Shown piece after piece: positions 26,477 to 34,555 of a DNA stretch of 35,220 nt; the stretch's first letter is position 1, and each line of letters opens with the position of its first letter. A program made the translations under genes and the position numbers. This stretch comes from a virus. Taxonomy: Duplodnaviria > Caudoviricetes. The notes below the pieces were generated by a model. The model was not told where the DNA came from. It searched no databases and worked only from the letters and a program-made list of their open reading frames with translations. The stretch lies in IMG/VR virus record IMGVR_UViG_3300032257_000072, positions 1 to 35,220 of that record; one strand, 5' to 3'.

Positions 26477-27733
26477 ATGAGCAATATCACACTAAGAGCG
26501 ACCAAAGGCGCTGATTTAACGCAATCAGAGCTTGACGCGAATTTTAAAAAAGCGGCCCAGGCTAAGATTTCTAATTACACGATTGTTGAAGCTGACAATC
26601 GAGACACAGTTGAATTTACTGGTACTTTTACCGCGACTTTGCCGGATGCTACAGCGATTGCTGCGGCTTCTGACACAGGTGATTTTGAAGTAACGATTAA
26701 AAATATAAGCACTGGAGCTATCACTATAGGTCGAGCTAATGCGCTAGATACAATAGACGGAACGGCTGCGGATATTTCGTTGACTGAGAATGAGTTTGCT
26801 TGTTTAAAAGTAAATCAAGCTGGAACTGGTTACAATATTATCAGTATCTCCAATGACAGTAATGCTGACACCGTTGACGGTTTAGATGCCAGTCAGTTCT
26901 TAAGGTCTGATACTGATGATACGACTACTGGTAATATAACGATAACGAATGGCGCACCTCAAGTCATACAAGTAGAAACGGGTGTAACCGCTGATAATTC
27001 CACGTGGAGAGCCTATCCTAATGGAGAATCATATATATTTGATGTAGCAGACGATGCGCTTTCAGCTTCCGCACAATGGCTACAAATTGATAGAACAGGT
27101 ACGACCGTAGATCAAGCAATATTATCATGCAATATAATTAATTTGGCAGCCCCTTCCGCTGTTCAAATCAATGGTGTAGATATTGAGTCTAACGCAACCG
27201 AACTTAGCTACAACAACATAACCACGTTAGGCACAGTAGAGGCAAGTAAGACAGTTACAGCAGATGCTAGTGGGAATACAAATTTCCCAGCAACTAAAGG
27301 GGTAACTTTAGGCGGTGGCACTGATGTTTTGTCTGAGTACGAAGAAGGAACTTGGACACCAACATTGCAGGATGCAAGTCTAAGTGATGCAGAGGGGCAG
27401 ACCTACAGTGCCAATGGACAAGTTGGAGAATATACAAGGATTGGTAATATTGTTTTTTTCTCTGGATATTTGAGTGTAACAAGTATTGGTACAACAGCAG
27501 GGGATGCGCGTATCGCTGGTCTTCCCTTTACGTCAAAGAACACTACTAATTTATATCATGGATTTTCTATAGGTGACAACAATTTAAGCGCACTATCAAA
27601 TGAAATTTTCGGGTTAATGTGGCCTAATGTAGACTATTTCTATTTAACTAGAGAGGGAAGCATTAAGCTAACGGTGAATGATTTCAATACAAGCGGTGAT
27701 AATATCAAGTTTAGTGGGCATTATCAGATTTAA
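26477..27733 (+). CDS. Tail fibre/receptor-binding protein
   Basis: N-terminal ITLRATKGADLTQSELDANF; ADTVDGLDASQFLRSD; C-terminal YEEGTWTPTL...GEYTRIGNIVF...IAGLPF. Confidence 0.85.
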   Translation: MSNITLRATKGADLTQSELDANFKKAAQAKISNYTIVEADNRDTVEFTGTFTATLPDATAIAAASDTGDFEVTIKNISTGAITIGRANALDTIDGTAADISLTENEFACLKVNQAGTGYNIISISNDSNADTVDGLDASQFLRSDTDDTTTGNITITNGAPQVIQVETGVTADNSTWRAYPNGESYIFDVADDALSASAQWLQIDRTGTTVDQAILSCNIINLAAPSAVQINGVDIESNATELSYNNITTLGTVEASKTVTADASGNTNFPATKGVTLGGGTDVLSEYEEGTWTPTLQDASLSDAEGQTYSANGQVGEYTRIGNIVFFSGYLSVTSIGTTAGDARIAGLPFTSKNTTNLYHGFSIGDNNLSALSNEIFGLMWPNVDYFYLTREGSIKLTVNDFNTSGDNIKFSGHYQI

Positions 27734-27816
27734 CTGTGATTTATAAATTATAGTTAAATGGCTATAGCGTGTAACTGCAACGCTAATGATGAGCCTAAAT
27801 ATACCTTTTAAATAAT

Positions 27817-27837
27817 AAGCCCTTAATTGGGTTTTTT
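27817..27837 (+). terminator. Terminator after the tail fibre gene
   Basis: AAGCCC-ttaatt-GGGTTT plus T-run. Confidence 0.65.
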
Positions 27838-27860
27838 AATGCCAAAAACAAGGGCAAAGC

Positions 27861-28115
27861 ATGACAAATGAAAACATCTTAGGTAATAACCGTATGAATT
27901 TAACTTCATTTTTAAGACTGATACCTATCATTATTCTATTTGCTAGTGTTGTTGCTTCGTTTGCGGTTGCGAAGGTTGGAATAGATGAAAACAAGGAGGA
28001 CATAGGAAAGCTAAAAAAAGGTAATGAACAAATGATACGCATGGAAGAGAGGCAAAAATACATACAGTCAGATATTAAGGATATTAAAAAAATACTTGAA
28101 CATAGGGGTAGATGA
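27861..28115 (+). CDS. Single-TM coiled-coil protein, holin/antiholin candidate (start may be 27894)
   Basis: One hydrophobic helix; ATGA-coupled to the endolysin. Confidence 0.55.
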   Translation: MTNENILGNNRMNLTSFLRLIPIIILFASVVASFAVAKVGIDENKEDIGKLKKGNEQMIRMEERQKYIQSDIKDIKKILEHRGR

Positions 28116-28525
28116 TGAAATCAGAAGACCTTATAAAAACACACGAAGGGCGTGAATTAAAGCCATACAGAGACACGGTAGGCGTTTTGACGATTGGCTA
28201 TGGCCGCAACCTAGAAAAAGGGATTAGCGAGCATATAGCTAATGAATTATTCAAAGAAGACATGGTGGACGTTCGTTCAGATTGTTTAAAGTTCGAATGG
28301 TTTCATGATCTATCAGAAGTTAGACAAGCTGTAATTGAAAACATGGTTTTTAATTTAGGCTACACCAGATTTTCAAAGTTTAAGAAAACAATTAAATACA
28401 TTGCGGCTAGTGATTTTCGATTAGCTGCAAAGGAAATGCTCGATTCGAAATGGGCGCGTCAAGTTGGTTATAGGGCCGATGAGCTATCGCATATGATGGC
28501 TTCAAACTTATGGGTTAATGAGTGA
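28112..28525 (+). CDS. Endolysin, GH24 (T4-lysozyme-like)
   Basis: HEGRELKPYRDTVGVLTIGYG gives the E-x8-D-x5-T triad; MVFNLG and EMLDSKWARQV motifs. Confidence 0.93.
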   Translation: MMKSEDLIKTHEGRELKPYRDTVGVLTIGYGRNLEKGISEHIANELFKEDMVDVRSDCLKFEWFHDLSEVRQAVIENMVFNLGYTRFSKFKKTIKYIAASDFRLAAKEMLDSKWARQVGYRADELSHMMASNLWVNE

Positions 28526-28976
28526 GAAACTAATGAAAAACTTTGCACTTAAAAGAACGTGTTTATGGGCTATATCTATATTTTTTTTAGCGTTAATTTT
28601 TTCGGGCAACTCTGCAAAGGCAGATATAACGCTCGACCCTACAGTGAGGGCAGATTTTACGCTTCTATGGAATCACCCGCAAGAATATACAGACGGGGCG
28701 GCCTTGTCTCGTGAGAATATTTTAAGCACCATTATCGAGGTTTCTCTGGATGGCACAACCTGGACTCCATTGCCTGATGCAATCGATGAAACAACCGACA
28801 CATTACTGAGAGGTAGCGCGACTTTATTAACCGCGCCACTAGCTGAAGGCATTTATAGTTACAGGGTGTTAACGGTAGTTGTTGGTAATTTAGTGTCAAG
28901 CCCATCAAACACGACACAGGTAACAGTTTTTATCCCAAAGCCGTCGGCGGCTCCATACCTGTTAATAGTGGAATAG
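28518..28976 (+). CDS. Secreted fibronectin-III-like domain protein
   Basis: Signal peptide ending SAKA; TLLWNHP...LAEGIYSYRV...SSPSN FN3-like pattern. Confidence 0.6.
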   Translation: MSEKLMKNFALKRTCLWAISIFFLALIFSGNSAKADITLDPTVRADFTLLWNHPQEYTDGAALSRENILSTIIEVSLDGTTWTPLPDAIDETTDTLLRGSATLLTAPLAEGIYSYRVLTVVVGNLVSSPSNTTQVTVFIPKPSAAPYLLIVE

Positions 28977-29022
28977 AGCTGTTACTCGCTTCAATATTTG
29001 CATTTTTTGAGAGGATTAAATT

Positions 29023-29259
29023 ATGGATGCTGAGACTGTACAGAAGGTTATTCCAACGCAAAAAACCCGCTTAAATTGGCTTAAAGCATTATCTGTTATT
29101 GCAACTGCTGCATGGCTGGCCACTATGGCCGGATACATAACAACAGAGGCTAACATGGTCACTTTTGTTATGTGGGCAGAGTTTGAGAAATGGCTGTTTA
29201 TTTCTTACGGAGCAACAGAGGTAGGCTCTAAATACTCACATGCTGTTATGAATAAATAG
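29023..29259 (+). CDS. Two-TM membrane protein, holin candidate
   Basis: Two hydrophobic segments; GAGGA SD; inside the lysis cassette. Confidence 0.55.
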   Translation: MDAETVQKVIPTQKTRLNWLKALSVIATAAWLATMAGYITTEANMVTFVMWAEFEKWLFISYGATEVGSKYSHAVMNK

Positions 29260-29267
29260 GTGAAATT

Positions 29268-29609
29268 ATGGTGTTGTTTATATCTTTAGTAATTCTATGG
29301 TTATTTTTCATAGCAACTATGGCGGTTGTTGACGATGCAGAATGGGAGAACTTGAATCTTGTTCAAAAAATCTTTGTAGCGCTATTTGTTATATACGATG
29401 TGCTGTGGAATTTTACAGGCGGTTCAATCATGTTTCTTGAGTTTGCAGATATGGACAGAAAGACACTTACTGAAAGGCTAAAGCATATTCTGCATAGTGG
29501 TGAATATGAAGAAACAGAATGGCGCTTTAAGCTGGCTATTTTTATGTGCCGATATTTAATTGAGCCTCATGATTTTGGTCACTGTCGTTTAGGTAGGTTG
29601 ATTAGATGA
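29268..29609 (+). CDS. Membrane protein of unknown function
   Basis: Two N-terminal TM segments; AGGTG SD. Confidence 0.65.
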   Translation: MVLFISLVILWLFFIATMAVVDDAEWENLNLVQKIFVALFVIYDVLWNFTGGSIMFLEFADMDRKTLTERLKHILHSGEYEETEWRFKLAIFMCRYLIEPHDFGHCRLGRLIR

Positions 29610-30025
29610 AGGCTTACCTGATTGTAGGTGCTCTGTGTGCTTGTGTAGGGGCTTTTTTCTATGGCGTGAAGGTAACTAATACCAAATGGATTGCAAAGAC
29701 GCAGACAGCCATTAATGAGGCCGTGAAAGAGGCTAGATCAGAAGAGAAAATAAAACAGGATAAAGTTAATGAGATACTTCAAACTCAAATCGATGATCTT
29801 AACTCCATCAATACTGGCCTTAATGATGACATTATCGGCTTGCGAAACCGTCCAAGTCGTCGGGTCGTGCCCGACAATCCCCAAACTTACTGCAAGGGTG
29901 CAAGCGGGAGAGAGCTTTCAAGAGAAGACGCGGAATTTCTTACAAGGCAAGCTGCCAGAGCAAACACAATTAGAAAAGCCTTAAAAGCCTGTTATGCCTA
30001 CGCTGATTCAATACAAGATAATTAA
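29606..30025 (+). CDS. Inner-membrane spanin (Rz-like)
   Basis: N-terminal TM, coiled coil, LRNRP.R...C..ASG.ELS.EDAEFL...LKACY. Confidence 0.8.
   Translation: MKAYLIVGALCACVGAFFYGVKVTNTKWIAKTQTAINEAVKEARSEEKIKQDKVNEILQTQIDDLNSINTGLNDDIIGLRNRPSRRVVPDNPQTYCKGASGRELSREDAEFLTRQAARANTIRKALKACYAYADSIQDN
29769..29984 (+). CDS. Embedded outer-membrane spanin lipoprotein (Rz1-like)
   Basis: Nested in the +1 frame of the Rz-like gene; hydrophobic stretch and LSAC lipobox; second Cys. Confidence 0.7.
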   Translation: MRYFKLKSMILTPSILALMMTLSACETVQVVGSCPTIPKLTARVQAGESFQEKTRNFLQGKLPEQTQLEKP

Positions 30026-30202
30026 TCCGCAATAATAACCTGTTTGGGTGATGTAATTATATCAAATTAAACTATATTTATTCGTCCTTAATTTCAATTA
30101 TGACGAAATAAGGCAAATAATTATAAGTTATGACTTTAAGGATTGAATAATAAAATAGCTTGTCTAAAAAGCTAAGATAATAAAAATAGGTAGTGCGGGT
30201 CA

Positions 30203-30577
30203 GTGGTAAAGCGGTTTAAGATTGGGGTTAGTTTTTTCGTGTTGTCAGTTGTGCTGATAAACTCGCTATCATCTGTGTATTTTAAGGCGGGTGAATTGAG
30301 CTCGTATGCCATTGTTAACGAGTACACACTAGCCCTGCTTATGGCCTTTGATGATTTCGACGATCAGGGCTTTATATGGGGCGATTCTGAGCCGTTTAAC
30401 AGTTATGGCGCGAAAATATACGATAACCAGTACGATGATTCGCACAAAATACCGCACCTTCCAGCTTTAAATATTTATTATGTAGAAGTCATAAAAGCTA
30501 CTTCTGAGAAAATTCATTCAAAACCCTTTGTAGTTCATGACTACAGACCGCCCCCCCCAACCCCGCCCCCTGCATAA
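30203..30577 (+). CDS. Membrane-targeted protein with C-terminal RPPPPTPPPA (candidate arrest/leader peptide)
   Basis: Basic plus hydrophobic N-terminus; polyproline directly before the stop; AT-rich upstream region. Confidence 0.6.
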   Translation: MVKRFKIGVSFFVLSVVLINSLSSVYFKAGELSSYAIVNEYTLALLMAFDDFDDQGFIWGDSEPFNSYGAKIYDNQYDDSHKIPHLPALNIYYVEVIKATSEKIHSKPFVVHDYRPPPPTPPPA

Positions 30578-30640
30578 CAACCCTTTGAAAATTATTTATT
30601 AATAATTGCGCGGATTACTGCGCATATAAAAAGGGTATTT

Positions 30641-30874
30641 ATGCCAAATAATTTTAAATGTGTTAAAGAAAATCCACCTAAAAATAATCAGCTTGTTATT
30701 GCTTATAAGTTAAAGCTTATAAATGGTAAGCCGTTAATGACTACGGCAAATTGTGTAACAGCTATTTTTCAAGATGGTGTATTTTCTTGTAGGTTTATCC
30801 CTACTCATTGGGCAGAAATTCCTTTACTAATTGAGGGGGTCGAGACAGTGCTGAAACACTGTCCCGACGATTAA
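30641..30874 (+). CDS. DUF551-like small phage protein
   Basis: FKCVKENPPKNNQLVIAY...PTHWAEIP pattern; AAGGG SD. Confidence 0.6.
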   Translation: MPNNFKCVKENPPKNNQLVIAYKLKLINGKPLMTTANCVTAIFQDGVFSCRFIPTHWAEIPLLIEGVETVLKHCPDD

Positions 30875-30905
30875 CCCGCCACTTTGGAAAATGAGGGATT
30901 AACAA

Positions 30906-31076
30906 TTGAATTATAGCACTAAGGGGAATGTTATTAAGTTGACGCAGGTCGAGGACTTAATAAAAGAGTTTGACGATAATTTTCAGCTTAAAATAGAAAG
31001 AATCATGTTTGAATTGATAGCTGAAAAAAAGGAGTTTGACCGGCGGCTTTCTGTTATGGGGATTGAGAGGGATTAG
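30906..31076 (+). CDS. Hypothetical protein (56 aa, TTG start)
   Basis: Manual translation MNYSTKGNVIKLTQVEDLIKEFDDNF...; GAGGGA SD; ends just before a terminator. Confidence 0.55.
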   Translation: MNYSTKGNVIKLTQVEDLIKEFDDNFQLKIERIMFELIAEKKEFDRRLSVMGIERD

Positions 31077-31080
31077 AAAT

Positions 31081-31116
31081 AAAAAAGGCGTAACCAATTT
31101 AATGATTACGCCTTTT
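31081..31116. terminator. Bidirectional terminator next to attP
   Basis: AAAAGGCGTAA-12nt-TTACGCCTTTT with A-run and T-run flanks. Confidence 0.75.
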
Positions 31117-31333
31117 ATTACGCCAAACTATCATAAGTTATTGATAATCAAGCTGTTATTGGCTCCCCGACCTAGAGCTTTTGCATTTTTCACCATATTT
31201 CTCAAAAATCCATTATCACCCTCAAAACCCTATCATATGGCGGTTTCAGGCAACCACTAAAAAACACATACACCGCAAAGACTCGCAATAATCCACATAA
31301 TACCGTATGGTATTACGCCAATTTTACGCCAAA
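31086..31333. mobile_element. attP site: arm repeats, two IHF sites and a core matching a tRNA 3' end
   Basis: TTACGCC repeated five times (one inverted) on both sides of the core; WATCAANNNNTTR at 31134-46 (-) and 31146-58 (+); core 31160-73 reads AGGTCGGGGAGCCA on the minus strand. Confidence 0.8.
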
Positions 31334-31351
31334 CGGATTCGAGTCCCTCAT

Positions 31352-32320
31352 ATGCCAACTATACGAAAACGAGGAAAACGCTGGAGAGCAGAAGTAGCTA
31401 AAAACGGTGTGAGGAAATCCGGCTCTTTTAGCACAAAGCGAGAAGCTCAAGAATGGGCTTATGAAGTTGAAGATAATATAGACGATCTGAAATCAGGCAT
31501 TCACTATTTGCATGAAGCTATAATTAGATACTCTGATGAAGAAAGCCCAAAACACAAAGGCAAGCGATGGGAGCAGATAAAGCTTAATAAGTTGCTCTCT
31601 GAAATACCAGACAGGCCATTAAGTGAGTTAGCTAGTGATGATGTAGTTAAATGGAGAAACGAGCGGTTAAAGCACGTATCTGAAAGCTCTGTAAGGCGTG
31701 AAATGGGGATATTTAATCAAGTATTAAACACAGCTGTTAAGGAATGGGGCTGGCTGGCTGTTAACCCATCAGAAGGCGTTAAGCGACCGCAAGAGCATAG
31801 AGCAAGGCAAAGGCTTATATCTCAAAAAGAAATAAACGCTATCACGCTTAATTTAGGTTTCACGATGGAAACCGATGTAACAATGAAAAAACAGGAAATC
31901 GCTATTATATTTTTAATTGCCATTGAAACCGCTATGAGGTCAGGCGAAATAATATCATTAACCTGGAGTCAGGTTAATTTGAAAAAGCGCGTAGTTTCAC
32001 TGGATAAAACAAAGAACGGGGATAAGCGAGACGTGCCGCTAAGTAGCTACGCTGTGAAGTTGTTTAAAAAGATACCGACAAAGAAAGGCGCGTGTTTTAC
32101 GGTTGCTGGAAATTCGTTTTCTACCATGTTTAGAAAGGCCAGAGACAAGGCGAAAATAAAAGATTTGCACTTTCATGACTCAAGAGCTGAAGCATTAACC
32201 CGATTAAGTAAGAAGCTTGATATTTTAGAGCTTGCGCGAATGGTAGGGCATAGAGACCCCAGATCATTAATGATTTACTATCGAGAGACAGCGGAAGAAA
32301 TAGCTAAGAAATTGGATTAA
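31352..32320 (+). CDS. int: Tyrosine integrase
   Basis: TAMRSGE, KTKNG, FHDSR, VGH and MIYY catalytic residues; MPTIRKRGKRWRAEV arm-binding N-terminus. Confidence 0.96.
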   Translation: MPTIRKRGKRWRAEVAKNGVRKSGSFSTKREAQEWAYEVEDNIDDLKSGIHYLHEAIIRYSDEESPKHKGKRWEQIKLNKLLSEIPDRPLSELASDDVVKWRNERLKHVSESSVRREMGIFNQVLNTAVKEWGWLAVNPSEGVKRPQEHRARQRLISQKEINAITLNLGFTMETDVTMKKQEIAIIFLIAIETAMRSGEIISLTWSQVNLKKRVVSLDKTKNGDKRDVPLSSYAVKLFKKIPTKKGACFTVAGNSFSTMFRKARDKAKIKDLHFHDSRAEALTRLSKKLDILELARMVGHRDPRSLMIYYRETAEEIAKKLD

Positions 32321-32496
32321 GCTGCTTTTCTATTCTTAATAAAAAAATTCATTACTTCTGATTCATCCCATAAAGCCCCTTTGCCTGGAACTATAGGGCG
32401 GGGGAATCCTGTCTGCTTTACTATCCGCTCAAGCGTGTTTCGCCTTGTTTTTTTTATCAGCTTCGCTATATCGTCAACGTTTATTAGCTTCATCAT
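32317..32496 (-). CDS. AlpA-like excisionase/recombination directionality factor (59 aa)
   Basis: Manual translation MMKLINVDDIAKLI...GFPRPIVPGKGALWDESEV...; last gene of the leftward operon; stop overlaps the int stop (TTAA). Confidence 0.8.
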   Translation of the reverse strand: MMKLINVDDIAKLIKKTRRNTLERIVKQTGFPRPIVPGKGALWDESEVMNFFIKNRKAA

Positions 32497-32684
32497 TCCC
32501 CCTTAAACAAACTAAACTCAGCACCATCATTGCAGATAAGCTGATTCTTAATTATATCAAGCGAGTATCTCCCGCCGTGATCTGCACACTGGTCTAATGA
32601 TGTTGTATGCTGTACTTTTACCTCATTAGGTACTTCGACACAGCCTACAAGTAATATTGATATTGCTATTAATAGTGTTTTCAT
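32493..32684 (-). CDS. Small lipoprotein
   Basis: MKTLLIAISILLVGC lipobox; two further Cys. Confidence 0.75.
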   Translation of the reverse strand: MKTLLIAISILLVGCVEVPNEVKVQHTTSLDQCADHGGRYSLDIIKNQLICNDGAEFSLFKGE

Positions 32685-33037
32685 GACTCACCCTCACTGG
32701 TGTTAGTTATAAACAATTCCGTGTCCAGCATAGACATTTCAACAAGAGAGTCTATATATGAGTTATCATAAACTTGGTCATGCACTGCACGAATCACCTC
32801 AGCTAAACTATTAATCTTTGTTATGTATCTATCCCGTTGCTCCCTGCAAGCCTGTTCTATTCGCTGGTCTAGTTCTGGCTTTGTGAATATTTGCATTACT
32901 TCTGATTGAACAGGGTGAGGATGTTCCAGTGCCTTAAGTGAGGACTCTTTAATAAAGTCTAATACTTCATCTGGTAACGAATGATTATGTCTTCTTAAAA
33001 ACGCCCATGCGTCTAATATGTCTTTTCTTCTAATCAT
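32681..33037 (-). CDS. Hypothetical protein, modular cassette A
   Basis: ATG 33037 with SD; contains ELDQRIEQACREQR. Confidence 0.7.
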   Translation of the reverse strand: MIRRKDILDAWAFLRRHNHSLPDEVLDFIKESSLKALEHPHPVQSEVMQIFTKPELDQRIEQACREQRDRYITKINSLAEVIRAVHDQVYDNSYIDSLVEMSMLDTELFITNTSEGES

Positions 33038-33190
33038 CACTCCCCCCACTGGTGTTAGTTGCTGATAGGATGGCTTCTCTAAACTTGTCTATTTCTGTTT
33101 TGCTAATAAGTTGAGGTAATTCAACTAACTCACTCCAACACATTTCCCGCTGCTCCCTGCAAGCCTGTTCTATTCGCTGGTCTAGTTCTG
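32838..33190. repeat. 40-bp exact direct repeat in adjacent genes
   Basis: TGCTCCCTGCAAGCCTGTTCTATTCGCTGGTCTAGTTCTG at 32838-32877 and 33151-33190. Confidence 0.92.
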
Positions 33191-33329
33191 TTTGGGTGAA
33201 TAGCTTGTCTGCTTCTCTTATAAATTCATCCATTAACCACTCACTAGGCCGATCAGCTCTAAAAGCTTGCATTTTCTTGCCTAGCTCTGTCTTACAATCT
33301 TCAGGTGTAACATAACAATTTGGCATCAC
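33030..33329 (-). CDS. Hypothetical protein, modular cassette B
   Basis: ORF track; shares an internal and a C-terminal segment with cassette A. Confidence 0.75.
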   Translation of the reverse strand: MMPNCYVTPEDCKTELGKKMQAFRADRPSEWLMDEFIREADKLFTQTELDQRIEQACREQREMCWSELVELPQLISKTEIDKFREAILSATNTSGGSDD

Positions 33330-33544
33330 TTCACGCCCTCTTGGTTTATACGCTGTTTTAATTCTGGCATTGTTTCAAAAGCTCTCACCCCATCTTCGTT
33401 TAAATAATCGCAGTCATAAATCCACTGTATAAGTTTCATCTTCTCTTGTTGGAATTCGGCTTGTGTGAAAGTTTTCTCAATTCCAGTTTGTTTATTAAAC
33501 CCTGACAACATGCTATTAAATTCATTATCTGTTAACTCACTCAT
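33326..33544 (-). CDS. Hypothetical protein
   Basis: ORF track; GGAGG SD; coupled overlaps. Confidence 0.75.
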   Translation of the reverse strand: MSELTDNEFNSMLSGFNKQTGIEKTFTQAEFQQEKMKLIQWIYDCDYLNEDGVRAFETMPELKQRINQEGVK

Positions 33545-33849
33545 ACAACCTCCTTGAATACTTCTTTAATGGTGTCAGTATTAAAACTAAATGGTTTATT
33601 TTCAAGTAGATCAATCAACTGCTTCTGTAACTCCACTAACTGGGCTTTGTACAACTTATCTTTTTCAAGAAGAATAAAATTCATCATGGCTATAGTTTTG
33701 TCATGATCTGCCTTGCTTATGCTGGTATCAGCTAAGAGGTATTTAAACTCCACTGCATTAAACGGCTCAATACACCCAACAACAAAACCGCTTCTGTTAG
33801 GGGGCCAATCAATATACATAACCTCTGGCATATCTTTACTGCCTGTCAT
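33541..33849 (-). CDS. Hypothetical protein
   Basis: ORF track; ATGA overlaps. Confidence 0.7.
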   Translation of the reverse strand: MTGSKDMPEVMYIDWPPNRSGFVVGCIEPFNAVEFKYLLADTSISKADHDKTIAMMNFILLEKDKLYKAQLVELQKQLIDLLENKPFSFNTDTIKEVFKEVV

Positions 33850-34334
33850 TTTGATTCCTTAATTGATAACAGTAATTTTTCCCATTTTTCATACACAAGA
33901 TCAATGGCTTCCCCGTTACCATCAGCCCACGGGTCATTTGTTTTTTCATAGAATGAATCCCATTCTTCATGAAGAGAATTTATATTTTCTTTTGTTTCCT
34001 TATCTGGAGCCAAAAAACATTCAACTGGGTTCGACAACGTGTCTGAGAAAGCGTACTTAATAAATGGGTACTTATTTGATAACACTTCAATAGACTTATT
34101 AACAGCATCGTCTTTACTGTCAAATCGCGCACAATGGTCGCCTTCCTCCCAGCAATTAGAGCCATCTTTTTTATTAAGTTTTGCTGCTGCTCGTTTGCTT
34201 AAATCATTAGTCACATCAATTGACCCGATACGATCATTTGCTACAAATATAGTAACTGATGAATATATATGCTCACCATTAAATGCAGCACTAAAATCAG
34301 TCAAGTTTATAATTGCGTATGTATTTAATTTCAC
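33846..34334 (-). CDS. Hypothetical protein
   Basis: ORF track; coupled to both neighbours. Confidence 0.75.
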   Translation of the reverse strand: MKLNTYAIINLTDFSAAFNGEHIYSSVTIFVANDRIGSIDVTNDLSKRAAAKLNKKDGSNCWEEGDHCARFDSKDDAVNKSIEVLSNKYPFIKYAFSDTLSNPVECFLAPDKETKENINSLHEEWDSFYEKTNDPWADGNGEAIDLVYEKWEKLLLSIKESK

Positions 34335-34522
34335 TTCCTACTCTCCCATTCTTCACAACTATGATTATCATCTACCGGCTTACTTAACTGATTTAATGTA
34401 CAGTGAGAATTAAGCTTATTTCTGTAGCCGCATGTTTTGCAGGTTTTAGGCTTGTAATAAGGGCAATACTCATAATGAGATAATGTTTCTGCTTCTTTAT
34501 TGCAAATAGTACATTCAATCAT
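34331..34522 (-). CDS. Small Cys-rich protein
   Basis: CTIC...H..YC, CKTC...HC...HSCEEW. Confidence 0.7.
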   Translation of the reverse strand: MIECTICNKEAETLSHYEYCPYYKPKTCKTCGYRNKLNSHCTLNQLSKPVDDNHSCEEWESRK

Positions 34523-34555
34523 TCCTTACCCCTCAATACCTGTTCATCTGTCATG

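Noticed and set aside
31036-31260. 74-aa ORF from the track
   Set aside because: Runs through the terminator, IHF sites and att core; integration would break it.
31335-31346. GGATTCGAGTCC as a tRNA T-arm or att core
   Set aside because: Lacks the G before TTC and has no acceptor/CCA; the 31160-73 match is better and lies between the arm repeats.
32838-33190. 40-bp repeat as a CRISPR array or DGR template/variable pair
   Set aside because: Only two identical in-frame copies 313 bp apart; no adenine-specific mismatches; no cas or reverse transcriptase gene recognised.
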